40,533 nt of DNA, taken from the NCBI GenBank assembly GCA_041663885.1, contig JBAYLX010000002.1, positions 1 to 40,533 of the forward strand. Direction: 5' to 3'. Below are positions 17,152 through 25,423 of this stretch, piece after piece (the stretch's first letter is position 1; every line of letters begins with the position of its first letter). Below the pieces are notes generated by a model. It was not told where the DNA came from. It worked only from the letters and a program-made list of their open reading frames with translations, and ran no database searches. The DNA comes from Minisyncoccota bacterium (GTDB taxonomy: Bacteria > Patescibacteriota > Minisyncoccia > Minisyncoccales > UBA5738). The position numbers were made by a program, and so were the translations under genes.

Positions 17152-19329
17152 TCAAAATTCGAATTCCTGGATATTTTCCCAGGTATTTTCATTGATAACT
17201 ACGATCTTTCCGTCGCCAACCATATAAAGATAGTCATTGACATAAACCGCTCTTTTTGGAACGATGCCGCTCACCGCCTTTATTAAAGATATCCTGTCGT
17301 TCTTGTAGGAAAATATATAACCGCCATTACCTCCCGGCATAAAAAATATCCCGTGCTGGCTGTCCATCAAAAACGCATGATGGTTATTCACCGCTTCCGA
17401 CCAATGTTCATCCAAAATATATTTATCCATTTCCACGGGATTGGCCGGATTGGAAACATTAAAATAGGAAATCTTAACGCTGGAATTTTCCATACCGATA
17501 CCGATAATCTTATCTTTATTCACCGGATGCAAATACCCCGAATAACCCGGAATTTTAAGTTCACCGGCCAATTTGGGATTGCGCGCGTCGGCCAGATCGA
17601 TCACATAGAATGGATCAGTTTGGCGGAAAGTTACCACATACCCCTTATCTTCGATGAAACGGACCGAATAAATTTTTTCAGTCTTGCCCAGATCAAGCAC
17701 CGATCCGACGATCTTCATTTCCGAATCCAGCACATAAACATCGTTAACCGTTTCGCCGCGAGCAAACCAGCTATTGCCGACAGTGGTCGCAATCCTTAAA
17801 TTGCCGCGATATTCATCCAAAGAAAACTGGTTCAATGGCTGGCCCGGAACCGTGCCGCTGGCATAAAATCTGAAATCGCCCAAACCGATCTTGGCCACTA
17901 TCGTCCTGTCCAAATCCCTTTTGCGCGATTTGCGATAGTCGCTGATCTTATTCGCTCTTTCGTTATAAAATTTCAGCCGGTCATCGCCGCTCAACGAGCT
18001 TTCATAATCGGACAATATGGAATTTATCTCCGTCATTTTCGCCGCGGAACTGATGTCGTAATTTGAAACCCGGGCAATCTTTTCCGATAAAGCGGATGGC
18101 AATAAATCTTTTAATGCCGCGGCATAAATCGCGAATTCATTTTCGTATGCCGGATAAGTAATATAAATATTTTCCGCGGACATATAAATCACCGTTGATC
18201 CGCCAAAACCCGCGAACGAAGTTTTATTTTCCACCATGCCTGTTGCCGCGTCAATTTTAAAAACGCTGAAAGCCGCGTTGACCGAGAGAACCCGCTTTGG
18301 ATGATAGATCGCGCTGCAAGGAATCGTTATGCCCGCGCCACCGATTGAAAGCGGCCTGATCGGGCAAGTGTCGATGGCGCTGATTATAGTCCTGGTCACC
18401 ATATATATCTTGCCATTGCGGAGCCGCGATCCGATTATTGAAGTATTTCCTTCGGGATTTATTCTCCATTTTTCCAATGGATTTGCCGGATTGGCAATGT
18501 TGTAGCCAGTCACTCCGCCGTCTCCGAATATGGCCAAAATATTGCCCGACAACAGCATGTCGCCGGATTTTTCGATGGAAGCGTCGACCCTCATATCTTT
18601 TACCGGCATTGCCTTTATGATCCGGGCTCCTGACGATTGGCAATCATAGCAGCGGGAAACATTAGTGCCTGAAGCAATCCCGCCATCAACGCCCCACCAG
18701 TAAACCGGATTGGTGCCCGAATAATAAATTTCCGTGCCGTCGGTTTTCACAATATCCGGCTCGTCAATGCCCGAAACTTGCGCGTTTGTTTCCGAAACCC
18801 GGTCAATGGAAACATTGGCGTTTGCCATTGGAACAACGGTTTTGGTTTGCATTGCACGATCCTCCATGGCTATTCCTAAGGTTTTAATTCCCCCGCCTCC
18901 GCCCCAACCCATGTCTTGTGTTTCCTGGATAGTTTTTTTGAAATAATTTTTAAAATCATCCGCGGAAACAAAAACTTTGAAATTTTGGGAATCGGAAACT
19001 ACCACCGGCACCGCGTGAAAATTTTTCTTCAGATTCGCTATCCCCTGCGGCCCGATCTTCAACCCGTCCCACGCGCCAAACCAGGAAGCATAAAATTGTT
19101 TTACGGCCGCAACAGTCTGGCCGCCATAATAACCGGTGGCGCCCGCAGGAATGCCAAACCTCAAATCAATCAAGCAGGATTGCAGATTCGTCACCGCATC
19201 TCCTTTTTGATATGCCTCAACCGAGCCTAAGTTTGCCGGATCGCACCCGGCCGCCTGCGCCCAAATCGCGGCCGTTAATGCCGACGCCGCCAAAACCGCG
19301 CCGAAAGCAATTTTTTTTATTTTGTTCAT
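17152..19329 (-). CDS. Secreted protein with an N-terminal peptidoglycan-binding-like domain and a C-terminal beta-propeller domain (COG4880/Beta_propel-like)
   Basis: A signal peptide MNKIKKIAFGAVLAASALTAAIWAQA starts at the ATG at 19329; the track start at 19374 is a GTG inside the glnA promoter. A PG_binding-like segment reads GDAVTNLQSCL...YYGGQTVAAVKQFY. The C-terminal region contains FRQTDPFYVIDLADARNPKLAGELKIPGYSGYLHP. Confidence 0.75.
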   Translation of the reverse strand: MNKIKKIAFGAVLAASALTAAIWAQAAGCDPANLGSVEAYQKGDAVTNLQSCLIDLRFGIPAGATGYYGGQTVAAVKQFYASWFGAWDGLKIGPQGIANLKKNFHAVPVVVSDSQNFKVFVSADDFKNYFKKTIQETQDMGWGGGGGIKTLGIAMEDRAMQTKTVVPMANANVSIDRVSETNAQVSGIDEPDIVKTDGTEIYYSGTNPVYWWGVDGGIASGTNVSRCYDCQSSGARIIKAMPVKDMRVDASIEKSGDMLLSGNILAIFGDGGVTGYNIANPANPLEKWRINPEGNTSIIGSRLRNGKIYMVTRTIISAIDTCPIRPLSIGGAGITIPCSAIYHPKRVLSVNAAFSVFKIDAATGMVENKTSFAGFGGSTVIYMSAENIYITYPAYENEFAIYAAALKDLLPSALSEKIARVSNYDISSAAKMTEINSILSDYESSLSGDDRLKFYNERANKISDYRKSRKRDLDRTIVAKIGLGDFRFYASGTVPGQPLNQFSLDEYRGNLRIATTVGNSWFARGETVNDVYVLDSEMKIVGSVLDLGKTEKIYSVRFIEDKGYVVTFRQTDPFYVIDLADARNPKLAGELKIPGYSGYLHPVNKDKIIGIGMENSSVKISYFNVSNPANPVEMDKYILDEHWSEAVNNHHAFLMDSQHGIFFMPGGNGGYIFSYKNDRISLIKAVSGIVPKRAVYVNDYLYMVGDGKIVVINENTWENIQEFEF

Positions 19330-19367
19330 TTTATCGATTATAATCTTAAGGCTAATTGTACCATATT

Positions 19368-19396
19368 TTGACACGGCGCAAAAATTGAATTAGGAT
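19368..19396 (+). promoter_or_regulatory. Sigma70-like promoter of glnA (TTGACA-N17-TAGGAT)
   Basis: TTGACAcggcgcaaaaattgaatTAGGAT, about 95 nt upstream of the glnA ATG. Confidence 0.55.
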
Positions 19397-19404
19397 TGAT
19401 TCAT

Positions 19405-19470
19405 AAAACACGATGATGTGTTTTTGATCAAGACAATGGCGTCTCCGAACCTAATTCGGGGATTTTTGTT
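19405..19470 (+). promoter_or_regulatory. glnA leader: two short hairpins plus a terminator-like hairpin with a U-tract (candidate ANTAR-controlled attenuator)
   Basis: P1 (19405-19424) is AAAACAC[GAUGAU]GUGUUUU. P2 (19431-19444) is AGAC[AAUGGC]GUCU. The terminator (19442-19470) is UCUCCGAA[CCUAA]UUCGGGGA + UUUUUGUU. The P2 3' arm overlaps the terminator 5' arm. Confidence 0.4.
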
Positions 19471-19489
19471 ATATTAAAACGTAAAAATC

Positions 19490-20890
19490 ATGGATTACAA
19501 ACAAATTATCGAATTATGCAAAAAAAACGGCGCGGCGATGATCGACTTGAAATTCTGCGATCTACCCGGTGCTTGGCAGCATTTTAGCGTCCCAATTGAT
19601 CAGTTCGATGATAATGTTTTCACGCAAGGGTTGGGCTTTGACGGTTCATCAATCAGGGGGTTCAAAGCTATCGAAGAAAGCGACATGGCGCTGGTGCCTG
19701 ATCCGAAAACATTTATTTTAGACGCGTTTGGAAAGGAAATTTTGGGCAGCCTGGTTTGCGATATATATGAACCTGTGATTATGTCGCGTTTCGCCAATGA
19801 TCCGCGGCATATCGCCCAAAAAGCGCAAGCATATATAAAAGAAAGCGATATTGCCGACGAAGCTTATTTTGGACCGGAACCGGAATTTTTTATTTTCGAC
19901 CGGGTCGAATTCGGCGCTGATCAAAATTTTTCTTTCCACCGCATCGAGTCCCAAGAAGCCGGTTGGAATGAAAATTCCGATGACGACGGATCGGGGTATA
20001 AAATCCGCAACAAAGAAGGATATTTTCCCATGGCGCCATCGGACCAAACCGCCGACATCCGCCGCGCGATGGTCACCGAACTGAAGCGCCTGGGCATTGA
20101 AGTTGAAAAAGAACATCATGAAGTCGCCACTGCCGGCCAAGCCGAAATCGATATCAGATACGATACGCTGGTTTCGCAAGCCGACAAAATAATGCTTTTC
20201 AAATATGTGGTAAAAAATGTCGCGCGGCGTTTTGGAAAAACTGCGACATTCATGCCCAAACCGCTTTTCGGCGACAACGGTTCGGGGATGCACACTCATA
20301 TTTCGCTTTGGAAAAATGGCAATCCCCTGTTTTTTGATGCCCGCGGCTATGCCGGATTGAGCCAAACCGCGTTATGGTTCATCGGCGGATTGCTGGCGCA
20401 CGGCCGGTCGCTGATGGCGCTATGCGCGCCCACAACCAATTCATACAAACGCCTTGTTCCCGGCTTCGAAGCACCAACCAATCTGACATATTCGGCGCGC
20501 AACCGCTCCGCGGCAATCCGCATTCCGATGTACAGCGAGTCGCCCGCGTTGAAACGAATCGAATTCCGGCCGGCGGATGCTTCCTGCAATCCCTATCTGG
20601 CATTTTCCGCGATGCTAATGGCCGGCCTGGACGGGATAATAAAAAAAACAGACCCGGGCCAACCCGCCAACGGCAATGTTTATAAATCAAGCGAAACGAT
20701 TCCCCAAGTTCCGGCATCGCTCGAGGCCAGTTTGGAAGCTCTTGAAAGCGACCATGAATATTTGCTGGCGGGCAATGTATTCACTGATGATCTAATAAGA
20801 ACTTGGATTAAATATAAACATATTACAGAATGCGATGCGATAAGGACTCGACCAACACCCCTTGAATTCTCTCTTTATTACGATATTTAA
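19490..20890 (+). CDS. glnA: Glutamine synthetase type I
   Basis: 466 aa with the motifs GSGMHTHISLW, NSYKRLVPGFEAP and NPYLAFSAMLMAGLDGI. Confidence 0.95.
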   Translation: MDYKQIIELCKKNGAAMIDLKFCDLPGAWQHFSVPIDQFDDNVFTQGLGFDGSSIRGFKAIEESDMALVPDPKTFILDAFGKEILGSLVCDIYEPVIMSRFANDPRHIAQKAQAYIKESDIADEAYFGPEPEFFIFDRVEFGADQNFSFHRIESQEAGWNENSDDDGSGYKIRNKEGYFPMAPSDQTADIRRAMVTELKRLGIEVEKEHHEVATAGQAEIDIRYDTLVSQADKIMLFKYVVKNVARRFGKTATFMPKPLFGDNGSGMHTHISLWKNGNPLFFDARGYAGLSQTALWFIGGLLAHGRSLMALCAPTTNSYKRLVPGFEAPTNLTYSARNRSAAIRIPMYSESPALKRIEFRPADASCNPYLAFSAMLMAGLDGIIKKTDPGQPANGNVYKSSETIPQVPASLEASLEALESDHEYLLAGNVFTDDLIRTWIKYKHITECDAIRTRPTPLEFSLYYDI

Positions 20891-20908
20891 AACCATTTGC
20901 GCAACCAA

Positions 20909-20941
20909 CAGAAATTCCCGCAATCGGGAATTTCTGTTTTA
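20909..20941 (+). terminator. Rho-independent terminator of glnA
   Basis: A 12-bp stem CAGAAATTCCCG[caat]CGGGAATTTCTG is followed by TTTT. Confidence 0.85.
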
Positions 20942-21007
20942 GTTGTATTTTATAAAAAAAATTGGGATAATTATAATAATATCGATTATTTTTTAAAAAA
21001 ATATAAA

Positions 21008-22630
21008 ATGAAAAACATTTCCAATAATATCGTGCGGGCATTGTGCGTACTGGCGGTTTCATTGGTAACCGGATGCACCGCGCTTGCCTGGACCGAACCC
21101 TCATCAACCGCGCCCGCGGGCAATGTGGCTGCGCCGATAAATTCCGGAAGTGCCACGCAAACAAAAACAGGTTCTTTCATCATCGGTAATACCAATTGGT
21201 CGCAATTGCAATTCTATCCGGCGGTAAATGATGCTTACAATCCAATAACCGGCGGCGGTGACCGCTCCCACTTCCATTTCAGTTTTCCAAGCACACCCGG
21301 CGGAAAAGAGCCGTTGATCGAGACTCCTTCTGATTTCTGGGTAATCGGTGCCAGCCACAATCTGGTAGCAGACGGATACGTGGAAACAAACACCGGCTTT
21401 TGCATCGGCAGCGACTGCCGCACGTCCTGGAACAGCATCACCGGGCCGTGGACGGTTTTGGGAAATAATATCCATAACAACAATACCGGCAACGTCGGCA
21501 TCGGGACGGCCAGCCCGGGATACAAACTGCAGGTCAACGGCGATATCTATGCCAACGGCGGCTGGCTGCGCACCAGCGGCGGCGCGGGCTGGTACAGCGA
21601 ATCGTACGGCGGCGGCTGGCATATGTCGGATACTTCATGGATACGATCATACAACGGGAAAAGTATCTGGCTGGGCGGCGGCCTGCTGGGAAGCGACGGC
21701 GGATTGACCGTGGGCTATGGCGGCGCCGGATCGCCATCCCGCGGCGCGATCATTTCCGGCAACGTCGGCATCGGGACGGCCAGCCCGGGAGCAAAATTGC
21801 ATGTTGCAGGCAATCTGCTTCTTGATTCCACTCTTCATGGCGCGGGGCGTCCGGTTGATTGGGCCAATATCAACGGCGGCTCTTATGCCGGCTATTCTTA
21901 CTACGCATATACCTCTATGTGCGTGCACAATAATAGCGGCTATTGCGATGCGGCAGGTGGCGTCGTTTTAGGAAGAACAAACGCTTCAGCTACAACTAAT
22001 TTTCCTTCTTCGGGCAATTCTTTTATCAATGCCGGCAACGTTGGCATCGGAACAGCATCGCCGGGCGCAAAGCTTGATGTGGCCGGTGCATTGAGATTTT
22101 CTTCAGTAGATTGCATTGCCGGGCTCTGTCCGCCCAACCAAGCGATTCGCCTCACCCCCAACCTGCATTTAAATTCAGGGGCAGGCAACGCCGTGATTTT
22201 AAACTGGGACAATGGCACAACCGGAGGATCTCAAACTTTCAGAATTGGCAACGGCGCTGGTTCAGATGTCTTCTATGTACTCGCCAACGGATCGACATAT
22301 GCCTCTGCATTTTACTATACTTCAGATGAGCGCCTAAAAAAGAACATAGCTCCCATTTCTGAAAGTCTGGGGAAATTGGAAAAATTAAATGGAGTCTATT
22401 TTAACTGGAAAAGCGACAACGAACCGTCAATGGGTTTGATCGCGCAGGATGTGGAAAAAGTATTTCCCGAAGCCGTATCTACAAACGCCCAAACCGGATT
22501 TAAATCCGTTGACTACGGCAAAATGGTCGCCCCGCTGATTGAAGCGATAAAAGAACAACAGCAGGAAATAACTGATCTTAAGTCGCAAATCAATGAATTA
22601 CGGCAAGCGATTAGCATTTCCATAAAATAA
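21008..22630 (+). CDS. Secreted or lipid-anchored fibre protein with a C-terminal phage tail-fibre-type intramolecular chaperone (peptidase S74-like) domain
   Basis: The start is moved to the ATG at 21008, because the track start at 20897 lies over the glnA terminator. The signal/lipobox region reads LVTGCTALAWTEP. The motif GNVGIGTASPG(A/Y)KL.V.G occurs three times. The C-terminus reads SDERLKKNI...GLIAQDVEKVFPEAV...VDYGKMVAPLIEAIKEQQQEI followed by a coiled coil. Confidence 0.8.
   Translation: MKNISNNIVRALCVLAVSLVTGCTALAWTEPSSTAPAGNVAAPINSGSATQTKTGSFIIGNTNWSQLQFYPAVNDAYNPITGGGDRSHFHFSFPSTPGGKEPLIETPSDFWVIGASHNLVADGYVETNTGFCIGSDCRTSWNSITGPWTVLGNNIHNNNTGNVGIGTASPGYKLQVNGDIYANGGWLRTSGGAGWYSESYGGGWHMSDTSWIRSYNGKSIWLGGGLLGSDGGLTVGYGGAGSPSRGAIISGNVGIGTASPGAKLHVAGNLLLDSTLHGAGRPVDWANINGGSYAGYSYYAYTSMCVHNNSGYCDAAGGVVLGRTNASATTNFPSSGNSFINAGNVGIGTASPGAKLDVAGALRFSSVDCIAGLCPPNQAIRLTPNLHLNSGAGNAVILNWDNGTTGGSQTFRIGNGAGSDVFYVLANGSTYASAFYYTSDERLKKNIAPISESLGKLEKLNGVYFNWKSDNEPSMGLIAQDVEKVFPEAVSTNAQTGFKSVDYGKMVAPLIEAIKEQQQEITDLKSQINELRQAISISIK
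21486..21520 (+). repeat. 35-nt perfect direct repeat, copy 1 (encodes the GNVGIGTASPG collar motif)
   Basis: CCGGCAACGTCGGCATCGGGACGGCCAGCCCGGGA is identical to 21746-21780. Diverged copies start near 22032, 25767 and 25966. Confidence 0.9.
21746..21780 (+). repeat. 35-nt perfect direct repeat, copy 2
   Basis: Identical to 21486-21520, 260 nt downstream in the same reading frame. Confidence 0.9.
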
Positions 22631-22638
22631 ATAGCATC

Positions 22639-23370
22639 ATGACAAAAATTATTCTTAAATTTTTTTTTATCGTTATAATTATGTTTTTTGCTAACGCGAA
22701 CAATCGCGCAATAGCTGCGCAATCATACAGCATTGCAGCGGGCAACAGCATCAAGGTTGATGAATGGGGCACTTGCAAGAATGTAATCAATTCAATCGGA
22801 TCACCGCCGGTTTTTATTCCGACCAAAACTGCAGACGAATGGCAAATATTTATTAACCATCGGCCAAGCCATATCACTTTCAGCGAGTGCTTCATTCCAA
22901 AACCGATACCGCCAGATGCATCCATTTATATGTACATCCACGGTTGCGGCTACGGAAAACTTCTCACTTTGAAAGTTTCAAATTTCCCGATAACTATTTG
23001 CGGCGATGGTAATTGCGGTAACCCAGCCCCATGGGGAGGATTCGAATTTACTTTTTCCAAACAAGGAAATTATATTAAAATTGAATCGAATTCTACTTTT
23101 TTGTGGGCAAATTATAATGCACCTTGCATGCCGGGGGGCATAATCAATGCAGTCGGATTCAGTACGCCCGCAACATATCCGGCAATGACGTGGGCATCAA
23201 AAGTTATCAGCCATAAATTGGGAGTTCAAGGCATCGAAGCATCGGTGAATAACGTACTGGGCAGCCCCGATACTATCAATACCGTGATACATTTATCCTG
23301 CTGGTCAACTCCAATGAATTATTGGGCGTTTTTAGGTGACTATAAAAGCGAAATCGTGGTGGCTTTTTAA
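22639..23370 (+). CDS. Secreted hypothetical protein
   Basis: 243 aa with an N-terminal signal peptide (MTKIILKFFFIVIIMFFANA) and several Cys residues. It starts 8 nt after the fibre gene stop. Confidence 0.65.
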   Translation: MTKIILKFFFIVIIMFFANANNRAIAAQSYSIAAGNSIKVDEWGTCKNVINSIGSPPVFIPTKTADEWQIFINHRPSHITFSECFIPKPIPPDASIYMYIHGCGYGKLLTLKVSNFPITICGDGNCGNPAPWGGFEFTFSKQGNYIKIESNSTFLWANYNAPCMPGGIINAVGFSTPATYPAMTWASKVISHKLGVQGIEASVNNVLGSPDTINTVIHLSCWSTPMNYWAFLGDYKSEIVVAF

Positions 23371-23458
23371 AATCATCTGGCAGACAAAAGACCTTTTCTC
23401 ATAGAAACGGAATATTTATATCAGATCAAACAATCTTTGAATTTTTGATAATAAAAAA

Positions 23459-24718
23459 ATGAAACAAAAAAAAATCTATTTTGTAATTGGCGCAATCGCA
23501 ATGGCTTGTTTTTGCGCGGCCGGATATTTTATTTTTAAAGAAATAAACAATACGGACAAAAACCAATCGTCGGGGATAAAAACAAATCCAATTCAAAACA
23601 ACATGGATACAAAAACATATCGGGACGATGATTACGGCTACGAAATTTATTACCCCTCAAAATTCAATTCGCAAAAAAAATCCGCGGCAATCGATATAAA
23701 AAAATCCGCATGCGGACAACAGCTTGGCATTTCAACAAAAATTGCCACGGATGACAATTTTAATTCGCCGGTTTATGAATTTGCGGTCTATTCCAATTTA
23801 TTAAAATTGCCACTGAAAGATTTTTTCACTTGCCAAGCAAAAGCGAACATACCCGGTTTTGATGAAAGTAAAATTAAAAATATTCGCGCTTTCAATATCG
23901 GAAAACAAAACATTCCGGCCCTAGGTTTCTGGATGGAAAATCTTTCCAATTATATTTTGGCAGCCTATGGCGGCAATGTTTATGAATTTAAATTGGACAA
24001 AAACGACAACATTCAAGGCGTTTCTGAAGAATTTGATAATATTTTAGCAAACATCAATTTTACCGAAGGTGAAATCCAAAAATTTTGCTACAAAACGGCA
24101 AAAAATAAATACGAAAATGGCCTAGCGGCGTTTTCGCTTCCGATAAAAAGCGACCTCAACGGCACTACCGAAGTTTTTACCGGATGCATAACTGAAAAAG
24201 AAACCGCCGCCGAAATCGATTGGCCGATTTTTAAAAATATCGCCATTCATCATCTCGTTAGGGCATCCGGCGACAGCTATCAATCTGTTTGGAACGGGGT
24301 TACCAACATAACGGAAAGTACCACAGCAAACAGTTTTGGCTGGGTATTTATCGACAGCATACAACCCGCCACAGATATTGACAATGACGGCCAAAATGAA
24401 ATTGTTCTCTCTGGCATTCGAAATAAGGCGGAAAAATGCGCACAATATTGCCAAGATTGGTGTTTGTACTCGCCCGCCGCAAAAAATACCTTTTGTGTTT
24501 CAAAGTGCGACGGCTGGTCGAATGACGTTATTGGCAAATTCACCCGAGAAAATTGCATTCCCGCCAAAACTCATTTACTCGCGCCCAATAATGAATGCAC
24601 TGGCGAAAAATACAGCATGATTTGTGTTGAAACCGCCAACCTTGAAAACGTTAAATATAAAATTTACCGGGATTATCTTGAAAAAGAATCCGATTCCAGC
24701 AACTGGCCCGAAAAATAG
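23459..24718 (+). CDS. Membrane-anchored hypothetical protein with a Cys-rich C-terminal region
   Basis: 419 aa with an N-terminal TM segment (IYFVIGAIAMACFCAAGYFIF), a DIDNDGQNEIVL (FG-GAP/VCBS-like) motif and a C-terminal Cys cluster. Confidence 0.65.
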   Translation: MKQKKIYFVIGAIAMACFCAAGYFIFKEINNTDKNQSSGIKTNPIQNNMDTKTYRDDDYGYEIYYPSKFNSQKKSAAIDIKKSACGQQLGISTKIATDDNFNSPVYEFAVYSNLLKLPLKDFFTCQAKANIPGFDESKIKNIRAFNIGKQNIPALGFWMENLSNYILAAYGGNVYEFKLDKNDNIQGVSEEFDNILANINFTEGEIQKFCYKTAKNKYENGLAAFSLPIKSDLNGTTEVFTGCITEKETAAEIDWPIFKNIAIHHLVRASGDSYQSVWNGVTNITESTTANSFGWVFIDSIQPATDIDNDGQNEIVLSGIRNKAEKCAQYCQDWCLYSPAAKNTFCVSKCDGWSNDVIGKFTRENCIPAKTHLLAPNNECTGEKYSMICVETANLENVKYKIYRDYLEKESDSSNWPEK

Positions 24719-24758
24719 CGCACCGCAAGGAACCCGATTTGATAAATTATTAAAATAA

Positions 24759-25325
24759 ATGACACTTAATGATTTTTTATTGAAGTTCTTTTTAATCGTT
24801 GCGCTCATTATCGCAACTGTTTTTGGAATTACATATTTTAAAGATAGGCAACCCGACACCAATAAACCGCCCGCGACCGTTGATTTCCCGCAGGAACAAC
24901 CGAGCACGGGCCAAGGTTCAAAAGATGGGATGGCTCCGACCCCCGATTCGCAAGAAGAAATGATAATGGATGTCCCCAATCCTGGATCAATTGCTGAAAA
25001 TGCCACAACGACGAAAAACGGCCTTTATTTGCCGGAGGTATACACGTTGCCACATACTGAAAGCGGCCAAGTTAAAAAAATTGCCGCTGATAACAGCACA
25101 ATCACAATCAACATCAATGGCAAAGACCAACGCGCCACTATTACTTCGGCAACTGAAATATTCAAGGACGCAAAACAATCATTATTGTCCGATATTAATG
25201 AATCAGACAGCGCCACTATCATCGGCCGGAAAAAAACCGCAGATGGAGAAGAATTCATCGCCGATTCAATTTATATCAGCGCACCGCTAAACACTGCTTA
25301 TCCCGCCGCAACACCCGCCAAATAG
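24759..25325 (+). CDS. Membrane-anchored hypothetical protein
   Basis: 188 aa with an N-terminal TM segment, a low-complexity P/T/Q linker and a small C-terminal globular part. Confidence 0.6.
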   Translation: MTLNDFLLKFFLIVALIIATVFGITYFKDRQPDTNKPPATVDFPQEQPSTGQGSKDGMAPTPDSQEEMIMDVPNPGSIAENATTTKNGLYLPEVYTLPHTESGQVKKIAADNSTITININGKDQRATITSATEIFKDAKQSLLSDINESDSATIIGRKKTADGEEFIADSIYISAPLNTAYPAATPAK

Positions 25326-25423
25326 ATAACATTCAAAAAAACTTCAAACCAAATTGCTACTTTTATCAACAAAATATATAATAGAATATAATAAACAGTT
25401 GTAATCATTTCATCATTAAAAAA

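Noticed and set aside
19718-20365. 215-aa ORF antisense to glnA. Similar long antisense or alternate-frame ORFs lie in mgtA (33007-33906, 33887-34549), sufS (11766-12401, 12600-13115), mraY (4390-4887) and the first fibre gene (21104-21622).
   Set aside because: All lie entirely inside genes with unmistakable family motifs on the other strand or frame. Their translations are low-complexity and R/P/G-rich with no motifs, which is typical of shadow ORFs.
20897-21007. Upstream 37-codon extension of the first fibre gene, as given in the ORF track
   Set aside because: The extension spans the 12-bp-stem glnA terminator and an AT-rich promoter-like stretch. The ATG at 21008 begins a proper signal peptide.
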